Under the pieces are notes generated by a model that saw only the letters and a list, made by a program, of their open reading frames with translations, had not been told where the DNA came from and ran no database searches. A DNA stretch of 64,000 nucleotides, from the IMG/VR virus record IMGVR_UViG_3300021295_000001; one strand, written 5' to 3'. Positions within the stretch are counted from its first letter, which is position 1. Each line of letters begins with the position of its first letter. Source of the DNA: a virus (lineage: Duplodnaviria > Caudoviricetes). The position numbers and the translations under genes are program-made. Below are positions 21,084 through 30,748 of the stretch, in pieces.

Positions 21084-21377
21084 TTTGAAGGCGGTCTCGA
21101 GGGCTACGGATTCGAGGCACCGAGGGTCTTCTTCGGATGGCACGTCAAAAAGGAACTGAGGGAGCGCTGGGCTTCGTTCAGGGTGTTCCGCAACAAGAAG
21201 GACATCGTTACGCACATGCCCCCGATTCTATTCGGGTTCAGGCACGTGGGAGAGGTCGTTAGGATTGGCCAGGGCCTCCCAGACGACGACTACCATTGGC
21301 CGAAGTGCGTGGGCGCCCATTACCCAGACAAGGTATACGAATCGCTCAAGGCATACGAGGCCGAGGGAAACGAATGA
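21084..21377 (+). pseudogene. Displaced original 3' half of the lipase gene
   Basis: GGLEGYGFEAPRVFFGWHVKKELRERW...DIVTHMPP.LFGF.H.G...PKC...HYP aligns to the lipase C-terminal half; no start codon/RBS at its 5' edge. Confidence 0.85.
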
Positions 21378-21382
21378 TTCGA

Positions 21383-21404
21383 CGGGGCCGAAAGACCCCG
21401 TTTT
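21383..21404 (+). terminator. Rho-independent terminator
   Basis: CGGGG-ccgaaaga-CCCCG then TTTT. Confidence 0.65.
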
Positions 21405-21549
21405 CGTTTCGCTGTATAATATGATTGCGGCTTAAAGCGCACGGTTTCTATTCGTTTTCAAAATTCGAAAAACGCATCGTGCGTGCGCACATACACGCGA
21501 TGTATTCGTCGTTTGCTAAATTCAGAAGAAACGGTTGGAAGGTTTTTCG

Positions 21550-24500
21550 ATGTCCGAAAGCGCAAAGTACTATGATTCTAATGGCAGGCGCCTGACGGAT
21601 GGGCAGGCCAAGTTTTTCTGGGATTCTGCCGTGAGGGACGGCCAAGGAAGGCTGTTGGTGTGCTATCATGGTTCCAACGAATCGTTTTCTGAGTTTGACC
21701 CGTCAAAAGCGTCAGGCGGTTTCTTCGGAAAGGGATTCTATTTCTCGAAAGAAGAGGAATATGCATCTGATTACGGAACATCGGTAGGCGCGTATTACCT
21801 GAACATAGAGAACCCATTCTATTATGATGAGTCGACCATGGAAGACGTCAGGAAAATCCTTGATTTGGAAATCAAAAAGGGAAAAATCGACGGTTACGAC
21901 GAAGAGGAGATGCCACGATTAGAACAAGAATGGTATGACAAAGGGTTGGACCTCATAGACGACGTCTTGGCGGAATTGGCTGGTGGTTACACGGGTGACA
22001 CGTTTTCGGAAGACATCATGCAACTTGGATATGATGGGATACTCGTCGACTACGGAAGGGAGATAATCGTGTTCAGCCCGAACCAGATTAAGCGCGTGGA
22101 CAACACAAACCCGACCGATTCCGATAGATTGGATGAGAAAACAACGCAAAACGTAATCTTTTTCGGCAATCCGACCAAGCGCAATGACATGCGCGCCACC
22201 GAATCATTTGACGAGGCTTACGAGCCGATGAAGACGGGCAAGGCATACAAGGTCTTCCGCGTGAAGAACGGGAAACTATATCCTCCCATGGTGGCCAACG
22301 CTGGCGGAAGGGACACGCCGATTGGGGTGTGGCTCGACGCAGAGGAAGGCGAGTTCGCTGGCCTTTCCAAGACTGGCAGACCCCAAGTCAAGTCGACTGG
22401 CTCTGGCACGCTCTCATACAGGCCTGGGTGGCACCTCGGCGATTTGCCACGCGCCCCTCAGTTCGACAGGACCAACAAGGAGACTGGCGAGAAGGAATTC
22501 CCGAGCGATTTCGTTTGGGCCGAGTGCGACTACGCCATGGACGTCGACTATCAGCCAGAGGCGGACGCCCGTGGGTACGAGAGGACCAAGATGGGCGACG
22601 ACGGCAAGGTCGTGACCTACAAGAGCGACAAATACCAACATTCCCTCGCGGGACTTCCGAAACTCCCAGCCAAGGGTTATTACAGATACAGGACCAACCC
22701 GAACCCCGAAACCGTGCCATGGGTCATAACTGGCTCGATAAGGGTGAACAGGTTGCTTTCCGACGACGAGGTGAACGCCATCCTGAAGGACAACGGAGTG
22801 GCCCCGATACACAGGCAGGGCGGTGACAAGACGCTCGCCGAACTCGGCCTTTCCGAATCCCTGTCCGAGGCATCTGGCTCGGGTCTTGACGAACAGGCGT
22901 CGCGACGCACGCTGACATCGAATGATTTCCTCGGTTGGGTCGAGGCGCTGTCCGACAAAGACGACATATCATATAACTCCCCCGATTCCATCGAATACTC
23001 GGACGTGTTGTTGCTGAGCCCCGAAGGGGACATGATTGACTGCGGGGAATACGACACCCACGAGTCTTTCGTGGACGCCGTGATGGAGACGAATGAGGCC
23101 AAGGAGGCCAAGGCGCGCGTCGTTTGGGACGGGAGAATAACCGATTACCTTTTGGAGAAACTCGGCTACATCACGCTTAACAGTGGCCAAGGATACGGCG
23201 ACGACAGGTTGAAGATAGTCATATGCAGAAAGCCGAGCGCTCAGCAAATCGACATCCTCAAGGAGTGGCTTGGAAACCATTTCGCGGACAACGGTCCCAC
23301 GTTGCATGTTTATACGCCAAACGACCATAAGGAATTCGACCCAACGTATTTCGACAAGGAAGACGTGACGAAAGGCATAATCAAGGCGTTTTCTTCTGGT
23401 AGAGGGGTGTTCACCGAGGCCACTGGCTCGCACCTGAAGGGCGAGTACGACTACGGCGACGTGCATTCGTACCTCGAATCCGAATTCGGGTTTTCGGACG
23501 ACATCCCCGAGGTCATGCCACAACTCATAGACAAAGACGGGCGCTTCTGCTCCATGAGCCCAAAATCCAAGCCGAACGCGCCCATGTTCCATGGGGAGAT
23601 ACTCCAAGCCATGGAGGACGACGGAATCGTGGCCACTGGCGATTCCCTTTTGGACAAGGTGAACCTAACCAACACCGACCTGTTCCAACGGCTCGGGTTC
23701 ATACGTTGCAACCGCGGGAGCGAGGGATACCACTACATGGCGTTGCCAGACGCCCCCACCGCGAACCAGATGAGGGCCCTCAAGAGGTACGTGCTCGATT
23801 CCTATTCCGACAGGCGCGCCCTGATTGAGATAAGCGGTCGTGGCGAATACGTGAACTTCATGGTCAACGACGACACCTATCCGATATGCGGGCACGTGGA
23901 CGACCTCATGAGGATGTTGGTCAGATACGCCAACGGCAGGCCCCTGAGGACGAAAACGGAGGCCAGGTTGTCCGAGGAATGGCTCGACGACGAGCACGGA
24001 ATCTGGATGACCGAGAGCCAATACGAGGTCGCCAACATGATGAGGAACTCCAAACACTCCCTCAGGATACTCTGGGACAGGAACCTCAAACTGTTCTTCG
24101 TGTGCGACGCGGACCTCTACATACACAGGGACATGATTGAGCAGGCCGTGGAGGACGGGCTGTACAACGGCGTCATAAGCCGTTGGGGTATAGACTCGTA
24201 CGTCGACGACTACGGCAGGAACGTGATATACTACATCTTCGCGCCGAAGGGCCTCGAGAAGGAGACCTACGGGGCGGACGTGAACGAGGACGGCTACGAG
24301 GGTAAATACATATACCCATTCGGGACCGTGACCACGCGTAGCGACGACAGGTACAAGTCCTCACCGCTCGCCAAGGCGCTCGGGAAGTACGAGGCCCATT
24401 ACGTGCAGGACGGGTGGGTCGACGATTACACGCCGAAGGTCGTACAGGTAGAGTCGATGCTCACCGAGGTGTATCCGAACGAGGGCGAATCGAAGAAGGA

Positions 24501-25506
24501 CTTCGTGTCCCGCTTCATGTCCGTTACCAAGGACGAATACCCAGACGTAAAACAGCGATACGCCGTGGCTCTTTCCTATTGGGACAGGGCCAAACGCAAA
24601 AACGAGTCGTTGCTCACCGAGAAGAAGCGCGGTGAACTCATAAGCCAGTCCAAGAAGGGCGCGGACTATTCGAAGAACAACCAATCCAAAGGCAGGAACA
24701 GGTGGGAGCGCAGGATGCATTCCCGCGTGGCGAACAGCGTCAGGGACTACGACAGGATAGACATGAACGCGCTTTGGAAGGCCGACATACTGGAGTTCGG
24801 CGTGAAGGTGCACGGCGAGACCGACGACTACGTGGTCACGATAACGTTCGAGAAGATACTCGACAACCTGAGGCAGGAGGTCCGCTCCAACGGCAACAAG
24901 ATGGAGTTCAAATGCGTGCTCAGGGCGCTAATGAGGTCGTTCAACGACGACGACGTCTTCATCAGTTGCTCCTGTCCCGACTGGAAATACAGGTTTTCCT
25001 ACCAAAGCACGATTGGGCGCTACAACAGCGGTCTGCCAGAACTCAGGCCGAGCGACATCACCAACCCCAACAACGACAAGGGCGCTGGGTGCAAGCACTC
25101 GTTGCTCGTCCTGTCCAACACGGACTGGATGGTCAAGATAGCGTCCGTCATAAACAACTACGCGAGGTACTGCCAGAAGAACATGCAGAAGAACTACGCG
25201 GACTACATATTCCCGAAGATTTACGGGATGCCCTACAAGAAGGCCGTGCAACTGTCCCTGTTCGACGACATGGACCCCGATAAGAGCGGTCTGTTGCCGA
25301 GCGACCAGAAGGCCCTGTCCGACGTCATAGAACTCGGCATGAGGGGCAAGGACGAGAAGGGGCGCTTCGAGAAGGGCAACGACTACAGGTTCGCGAAGAC
25401 CAAGCCCGAGGTTGGGACCGACCAAGAGGACGAGAACCCGCTCGAACTCAGATTCGACAACAACAGGCGCAAGACGCTCAGGGGACCAGAGGAGGAAGAA
25501 GGATGA
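21550..25506 (+). CDS. Large multidomain (polyvalent-type) protein: ART-PolyVal-like domain, several unknown modules, C-terminal SWIM-like zinc finger
   Basis: VCYHGS...GKGFYFS...YLNIENP...GYDGI...FSPNQIK; CSCPD...CKH; late motif at 21514. Confidence 0.7.
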   Translation: MSESAKYYDSNGRRLTDGQAKFFWDSAVRDGQGRLLVCYHGSNESFSEFDPSKASGGFFGKGFYFSKEEEYASDYGTSVGAYYLNIENPFYYDESTMEDVRKILDLEIKKGKIDGYDEEEMPRLEQEWYDKGLDLIDDVLAELAGGYTGDTFSEDIMQLGYDGILVDYGREIIVFSPNQIKRVDNTNPTDSDRLDEKTTQNVIFFGNPTKRNDMRATESFDEAYEPMKTGKAYKVFRVKNGKLYPPMVANAGGRDTPIGVWLDAEEGEFAGLSKTGRPQVKSTGSGTLSYRPGWHLGDLPRAPQFDRTNKETGEKEFPSDFVWAECDYAMDVDYQPEADARGYERTKMGDDGKVVTYKSDKYQHSLAGLPKLPAKGYYRYRTNPNPETVPWVITGSIRVNRLLSDDEVNAILKDNGVAPIHRQGGDKTLAELGLSESLSEASGSGLDEQASRRTLTSNDFLGWVEALSDKDDISYNSPDSIEYSDVLLLSPEGDMIDCGEYDTHESFVDAVMETNEAKEAKARVVWDGRITDYLLEKLGYITLNSGQGYGDDRLKIVICRKPSAQQIDILKEWLGNHFADNGPTLHVYTPNDHKEFDPTYFDKEDVTKGIIKAFSSGRGVFTEATGSHLKGEYDYGDVHSYLESEFGFSDDIPEVMPQLIDKDGRFCSMSPKSKPNAPMFHGEILQAMEDDGIVATGDSLLDKVNLTNTDLFQRLGFIRCNRGSEGYHYMALPDAPTANQMRALKRYVLDSYSDRRALIEISGRGEYVNFMVNDDTYPICGHVDDLMRMLVRYANGRPLRTKTEARLSEEWLDDEHGIWMTESQYEVANMMRNSKHSLRILWDRNLKLFFVCDADLYIHRDMIEQAVEDGLYNGVISRWGIDSYVDDYGRNVIYYIFAPKGLEKETYGADVNEDGYEGKYIYPFGTVTTRSDDRYKSSPLAKALGKYEAHYVQDGWVDDYTPKVVQVESMLTEVYPNEGESKKDFVSRFMSVTKDEYPDVKQRYAVALSYWDRAKRKNESLLTEKKRGELISQSKKGADYSKNNQSKGRNRWERRMHSRVANSVRDYDRIDMNALWKADILEFGVKVHGETDDYVVTITFEKILDNLRQEVRSNGNKMEFKCVLRALMRSFNDDDVFISCSCPDWKYRFSYQSTIGRYNSGLPELRPSDITNPNNDKGAGCKHSLLVLSNTDWMVKIASVINNYARYCQKNMQKNYADYIFPKIYGMPYKKAVQLSLFDDMDPDKSGLLPSDQKALSDVIELGMRGKDEKGRFEKGNDYRFAKTKPEVGTDQEDENPLELRFDNNRRKTLRGPEEEEG

Positions 25507-25871
25507 TTGACATAACCGACAACGGGATAGTATCCATCGTGGCGGGGGACACCGTCGAATTCGGCATAATGCTGAACGACGGCGACAAGATATTCCCCGA
25601 ATGGTACACGCTCAACGAGGGCGACGAACTGCTTTTCGGCATAATGGAGCCGAACGCGCCGTTCGAGCGCTCTTTGGTCAAGAAGACGCTCGGCGTCGAG
25701 GACGTCAACGTGTCTGGAGGGGTGACCGTGAGGCTCAACCACATGGACACCGCGCTCCTGCTCCCTGGGCTCTACTACTACGAGGTGAAACTCGTCAGGA
25801 TGCCCATCGGGGCGAACCAGCCGTACGTGGACACCGTGGTGCCCCGCAGAAGGCTTTACATCAACCACTGA
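25503..25871 (+). CDS. BppU N-terminal-like (baseplate/fibre attachment) protein
   Basis: I..GDT..F.I.L...L...DT..L.PG.Y.YEVKL pattern. Confidence 0.55.
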   Translation: MIDITDNGIVSIVAGDTVEFGIMLNDGDKIFPEWYTLNEGDELLFGIMEPNAPFERSLVKKTLGVEDVNVSGGVTVRLNHMDTALLLPGLYYYEVKLVRMPIGANQPYVDTVVPRRRLYINH

Positions 25872-25961
25872 TTCGGAACGGCGCCTATAAGGCGCTTTTC
25901 CTTCGCGTTCCGTTACGGCGTATGGGACAGTCCTTTGCTAAATTACACGAGTAAGGGATTT

Positions 25962-26495
25962 ATGATGATACTTAACGCTGTTGTGGAGATACCTGGATGG
26001 GCCATCACGCTCGTATCGGTGGCGGCCAGCGCCATCGTCTCTGGGTTCTTCGGGTTCATGATTAAGCACGGTCTTGAGAAGTACTTCCAGAAGCGCGACC
26101 AAGAGAAGGACGAGCAGAAAACGAAATTGAAGGAAGCGGAGCGGATAATGGGCGAGCAGGAGAACGAGAGGTTGGTCCAGACAATCGGCAAGATGATTGA
26201 CGACAAGGTGTCGCCGATGTCGAAGAAACTGGACGCGATAGGCGACGGCACATTGTCCTCTTTGAGGAACGACATACTGACGTGCTATTACAAATGCGTC
26301 GACAAGGGCTATAGGAACGACTACGACTACACGAACGTGCACGACATGTACGAATCCTATTACAACCTGAACGGGAACTCGTTCGTGGCGGACGTCATGA
26401 AGAGGTTCGACGAACTCCCGACCAAAGAGGACTGGGAGAAGAAGCACAAAAGGAAGAGGCAACCGCTCAGGGAAACGCAACCGAAGGCCAAGTGA
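25962..26495 (+). CDS. Holin-like membrane protein
   Basis: N-terminal TM helix; LRNDIL..Y...KGY...MYESY..LNGNS motif recalled from Bacillota phage lysis regions. Confidence 0.55.
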   Translation: MMILNAVVEIPGWAITLVSVAASAIVSGFFGFMIKHGLEKYFQKRDQEKDEQKTKLKEAERIMGEQENERLVQTIGKMIDDKVSPMSKKLDAIGDGTLSSLRNDILTCYYKCVDKGYRNDYDYTNVHDMYESYYNLNGNSFVADVMKRFDELPTKEDWEKKHKRKRQPLRETQPKAK

Positions 26496-26503
26496 GGTAA
26501 CGC

Positions 26504-29026
26504 ATGGAAGGATACGTATACGAGTTGAAGGGCGAACAGGGCAAGTCCAGGTTCGACGAACTCCAAGAACAGATAGACTCCCTCGACACGAGGGTCGACG
26601 CGTTGGAGGACGTCGTCGTAACTTTCGTCACGCTCGACACCGCGCAGACCATAACTGGCGACAAGGAGATAACTGGGAACGTACACATAGACGGCGCCCA
26701 AGGAAAAGCCATAACCCTCGGGCAATCCGCCGATAACCCCCGCGTGACCATAGACCAGTGGAGCGGTGTCGTCGGCTTCACCGACACGGAAGGCGGATTC
26801 AACGAATTCAATCCCTGCGACTCCGACTTCGGGGCGATACCATCGTTCGACAGGTTGGGGGTTTACGACCTGAACGCCAACGGTTTGTACTCTGGCGACT
26901 TAGAGGTCGCCGACAGCGCGACGATAGAGAACCTCCGCGTCAAAACAGTCAAGGCTGGCAACACCACGGTCAAGGGACAGAACGTATACAACTTCGAGGA
27001 ACCCTGCACGTTCAACTTCGGCATAACAAGCAGTGGTGAGACTGAGTATTATGGCGTCTTTAATACATATGACCCAGATTATGATGGCCCTCGGTTTAAT
27101 TTCCTTGCAATTGGCGGGTTAACAGTTGAAAGCAGGTTAACAGTTGAAAGCAATTTATATATTCCATCTACGATTCGCGCATATACGCCTAATGTAGGCA
27201 CATATACAATAACATTCCCCACGAAGAATGGCACGGTCGCTTTAACATCGGATTTGTATGATTATCTGCCTTTGACAGGTGGCACAATAGTATCTAGAAT
27301 TGCTGAGAATACTGATGAGAATGTCATTTCAAATCGTGAAATAACAATCAGAAGCAACGACCGCAATCACTATTCCACATTGGACAAAAATGGTGTGACT
27401 GTGTCTACACTTGGTTCATATGGTTCGACAAAAGTACAATTGGATGGCGTATTGACAACTTATGGTAGATTTGGAGAATCTGGTCATAAATACGCATCTA
27501 ATGGCATACACAAAATACTCAACAACGTTGAATTTACTTATACATTCCCATCGGAAAGCGGAATGCTCGCCTTAGGCGAACTGAAGACGACGTGGTCGGA
27601 ATTGAAAGCGTTGCGTGATGCAAGCAAGTTGGTGCCTGGAAGACAATACAGGATTACCGACTATGTCTGCACTACCGCTCAGGCAAACACCTCTTCCGCT
27701 GGGCATCAATTCGACATCATCGTTGTCGCTGACAGCGTAAACAAATTGAATGAGGTCGCACGCGCATGCCTTCACGAAGGCGATACGTATTTCGCCAACA
27801 GCAAACTGGAGGCATGGCAACTTTGGTATTGCTTGGACAACGACGACACTCGATTTGAATGGGCCGACACAAGTTACATTGAAATCGTCGGCACGATAGT
27901 GGCGAACGATGTTAGTTGGGACAGATATGAGGCTGGCGACTTCCCATCAGGCCGACATCCGTATGCGTGGAAATCCTCGGATGGAACAAGAGTCTACACC
28001 GATTCGACGACACCTTCCGTTTCAGACGAAGCATACACGTCAAGTTCCCCGAGTCCCAGTTACGCGATTACGGAAATCGTCATGGGAAACAAATACACAG
28101 GCAAAGGTGTAATTTACCATATGGTTGACGAGTTCGACAATGACGTTCCTTATGACTTTAAGAACATATTGTTTACGAAATCGGGTAAATATACAAATGC
28201 ATACACTTTTAGTTATACAGAAGACAGTGTGATTAAAGATGCTTCATTATCATTAAGTAATGGCTGTTATGGTAACAGTATGAAAGAATATCTTTTAGGC
28301 GGTAAACAACAACTTAATTTTAATGTATTTTATTCATCATCTGTTAGTGTCAGTTCTCTTATGTGTTATTGCAATACCTTTGGTTATGATTGCTACAACA
28401 ACACATTTAGAGAAGGTTGCTCTTGTAACACCTTCATCTCTAATTGCCGTAATAACATCTTCGGCGAGAGTTGCTCCTATAACACTTTTAATGGGAGTTG
28501 CTTTAACAACACCTTTGACAACGATTGCTTTAATAATATTTTCGATTCTTATTGCTCTAGCAATCTCTTTGGTCAGAATTGCACAAACAATACTTTCGGT
28601 GCTTATTGCACCAGCAATACATTCGGTGATGATTGCTTCGACAATACTTTCGGCTCTAGTTGCTCTAGTAACGTCTTTAGTAGTAATTGCCCTTACAACA
28701 CATTCGGTTGTAATTGCGACCATAATATCTTAGGTGATACTTGCTCCAACAACACCTTTGGCAATAATTGCACCTATAACACATTTGGAGAATCATCTTC
28801 GCCAATTAATTACTGTCGAGGCATTCTTTTAGACAATCTTTGTAGTTATTTAGAGATTATTTCTACCGACACTTCGGCGACATCAAGCAACTGGCTACAG
28901 AACATCCATATCCATCTCGGTGTGGCTGGTTCATCATCAGACCGCAAAACCATCACAATACCCGACCGCAATCTTCAATACACAACCGACGTCTACCCGA
29001 CAGGCTCAACGGAGATGTTCATATAA
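26504..29026 (+). CDS. Tail fibre/spike with Cys/Asn-rich 9-aa repeat beta-helix
   Basis: TLDTAQTITG.K, T.ALTSD, LVPG.QYRITDY; about 16 C..N[TIVL]F... repeats at 28370-28790. Confidence 0.75.
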   Translation: MEGYVYELKGEQGKSRFDELQEQIDSLDTRVDALEDVVVTFVTLDTAQTITGDKEITGNVHIDGAQGKAITLGQSADNPRVTIDQWSGVVGFTDTEGGFNEFNPCDSDFGAIPSFDRLGVYDLNANGLYSGDLEVADSATIENLRVKTVKAGNTTVKGQNVYNFEEPCTFNFGITSSGETEYYGVFNTYDPDYDGPRFNFLAIGGLTVESRLTVESNLYIPSTIRAYTPNVGTYTITFPTKNGTVALTSDLYDYLPLTGGTIVSRIAENTDENVISNREITIRSNDRNHYSTLDKNGVTVSTLGSYGSTKVQLDGVLTTYGRFGESGHKYASNGIHKILNNVEFTYTFPSESGMLALGELKTTWSELKALRDASKLVPGRQYRITDYVCTTAQANTSSAGHQFDIIVVADSVNKLNEVARACLHEGDTYFANSKLEAWQLWYCLDNDDTRFEWADTSYIEIVGTIVANDVSWDRYEAGDFPSGRHPYAWKSSDGTRVYTDSTTPSVSDEAYTSSSPSPSYAITEIVMGNKYTGKGVIYHMVDEFDNDVPYDFKNILFTKSGKYTNAYTFSYTEDSVIKDASLSLSNGCYGNSMKEYLLGGKQQLNFNVFYSSSVSVSSLMCYCNTFGYDCYNNTFREGCSCNTFISNCRNNIFGESCSYNTFNGSCFNNTFDNDCFNNIFDSYCSSNLFGQNCTNNTFGAYCTSNTFGDDCFDNTFGSSCSSNVFSSNCPYNTFGCNCDHNILGDTCSNNTFGNNCTYNTFGESSSPINYCRGILLDNLCSYLEIISTDTSATSSNWLQNIHIHLGVAGSSSDRKTITIPDRNLQYTTDVYPTGSTEMFI

Positions 29027-29041
29027 AGGAGGGGATGACAC

Positions 29042-29455
29042 ATGGCAGACAAAGTAATAAACGGTAGCCTGGACGTAACGGGCGAAATTTCCCAAAACGG
29101 CACCACGCTTGAGCCTGGGACGAAGTGGTATCGCCACCGCATCACGGTCGGGGATGCAAACGGTGGCCCCGTTGTCCTTGACGCGATTTCCACTTACCCC
29201 ACGCCTCTCACCACGTTCTCTCAATTTCGGGGGATGCTGTGGTGGCATTACCTTCCCATGAGCGAAACGCCCCATACCAATGAACATATATTGTTATACG
29301 TACCCGTCGGTGTTTACGTCGCGCCATATTCCACTGAAGATGAACAAGGGAATCGCAAAGACTACATTAGATATTATGGACCCACTGATAGCGAATTGCA
29401 GTTAATTGAACTCAACTCCAGCGACTTCCGCTCGGACTTAGTGACGGCCCTGTAG
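29042..29455 (+). CDS. Short fibre-tip-like protein
   Basis: INGSLDVTGEI, GTKWYRHRI; strong RBS. Confidence 0.55.
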   Translation: MADKVINGSLDVTGEISQNGTTLEPGTKWYRHRITVGDANGGPVVLDAISTYPTPLTTFSQFRGMLWWHYLPMSETPHTNEHILLYVPVGVYVAPYSTEDEQGNRKDYIRYYGPTDSELQLIELNSSDFRSDLVTAL

Positions 29456-29528
29456 CCAAAGGCATACGCATAAAGGCAACGTCATGCTTACGTTGCTAAA
29501 ATGATTAGGAGAAGGAGGCATTGAAAAG

Positions 29529-30056
29529 ATGTCAAAATACGTAGACACGCTAACAACATTCATAGACCGTCAGAGGACGCTTTATGGGCATAAGGCCGAG
29601 GAACAGCCCGTAGGCCCGCAACCCGTCATAACCATAGACGGCGTCGATTATTACCAGAAGACCGAATTCCACCTCGACCAGTTGGGCGAGCAGGGATACG
29701 GCGACATCTACGACCTCATATCTGGCGAGAGGACCGCGCACTTCCCGATGTCGGACCCCGATATAGGAGAAGACGCGCAGGAGCACAACAGCGTGCTCGT
29801 TTCGAAGGACGAGGTGTCGATGTGCATATTCAACGTCGGACGCTCCAAGGAGAAGTCACCAGCGCAGTTCATACTGGCGTCGGACAACCCCGAAATGGAG
29901 CCCAACTACGTGTCGCACGCATTCGAGTTGGTCGATTCCATAGAGGACGGTGACAGCACCCACATCTGCCTCCCGCAGTGCTCAGCCTTCTACGGCTGGC
30001 AGTCCGAGGACAGGAACACGTTCATAGCGTATTACAACCTCAAGGACGAGCAATAA
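29529..30056 (+). CDS. Hypothetical virion protein, paralog 1
   Basis: Near-identical termini with 30095-30673; late-motif variant at 29494. Confidence 0.7.
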   Translation: MSKYVDTLTTFIDRQRTLYGHKAEEQPVGPQPVITIDGVDYYQKTEFHLDQLGEQGYGDIYDLISGERTAHFPMSDPDIGEDAQEHNSVLVSKDEVSMCIFNVGRSKEKSPAQFILASDNPEMEPNYVSHAFELVDSIEDGDSTHICLPQCSAFYGWQSEDRNTFIAYYNLKDEQ

Positions 30057-30094
30057 AAACCAAAGGCAATAAAACATCATAAAGGAGAATCAAA

Positions 30095-30673
30095 ATGGCC
30101 AAATACGTAGACACACTCATCACCTTCATCGACAGGCAAAGGACCCTTTACGGTCTCAAAAAAGAGGAAGAGCCAGTCGGACCCGTTCCCGTCATAACCA
30201 TCGACGGGGTCGATTACTTCAACAAATGCGAATTCGACCTCACTGCGTTGCAGGGACAGTCAGCGGGACGCTTCTACGATATTCTGAGTGGTGAAGGAAT
30301 TCTGGTACCTCCCTCCATTTCGGATATATCGGAGGCAGCGATTATGGCGAAGACATTCCCCGTCGAGCAAGGTAATGGGAAGGTACGCTCCATCGTTTAC
30401 GGCCCTGGGGACGGGGCGGAGAGCGAATACGGCAGTATCCTCGACATCGTCATAGCGTCGGAGGTCCCTGGCCAGTTCCCCGTCAATTACCAGTCCAGGG
30501 CGTTCACTTGCGTGGACACTTGGGCGGAAGCGGACGCCACGAGCAAGATATTCCTCCCCACCTGCTCCGCGTTCTATGGCATGCTATCCGAGGACGGCAA
30601 GACATTCACCGCGTACTTCAACCTGAAGGAAGAACAGGAACAAGAGCCTCAGTCTGGGGGAATCTCGTTATAG
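30095..30673 (+). CDS. Hypothetical virion protein, paralog 2
   Basis: M.KYVDTL.TFIDRQRTLYG and LP.CSAFYG..SED..TF.AY.NLK. Confidence 0.7.
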   Translation: MAKYVDTLITFIDRQRTLYGLKKEEEPVGPVPVITIDGVDYFNKCEFDLTALQGQSAGRFYDILSGEGILVPPSISDISEAAIMAKTFPVEQGNGKVRSIVYGPGDGAESEYGSILDIVIASEVPGQFPVNYQSRAFTCVDTWAEADATSKIFLPTCSAFYGMLSEDGKTFTAYFNLKEEQEQEPQSGGISL

Positions 30674-30748
30674 CAAAAACCCGAATAACGGGAAGGGACA
30701 CAACGGTCCGAAAGGGCCGTTTTCCTTTCCTTGTGTATAATAACGTAG

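Noticed and set aside
26504-29026. Diversity-generating retroelement target (AAC/AAT-rich repeats)
   Set aside because: No template/variable repeat pair or reverse transcriptase is visible in the window.
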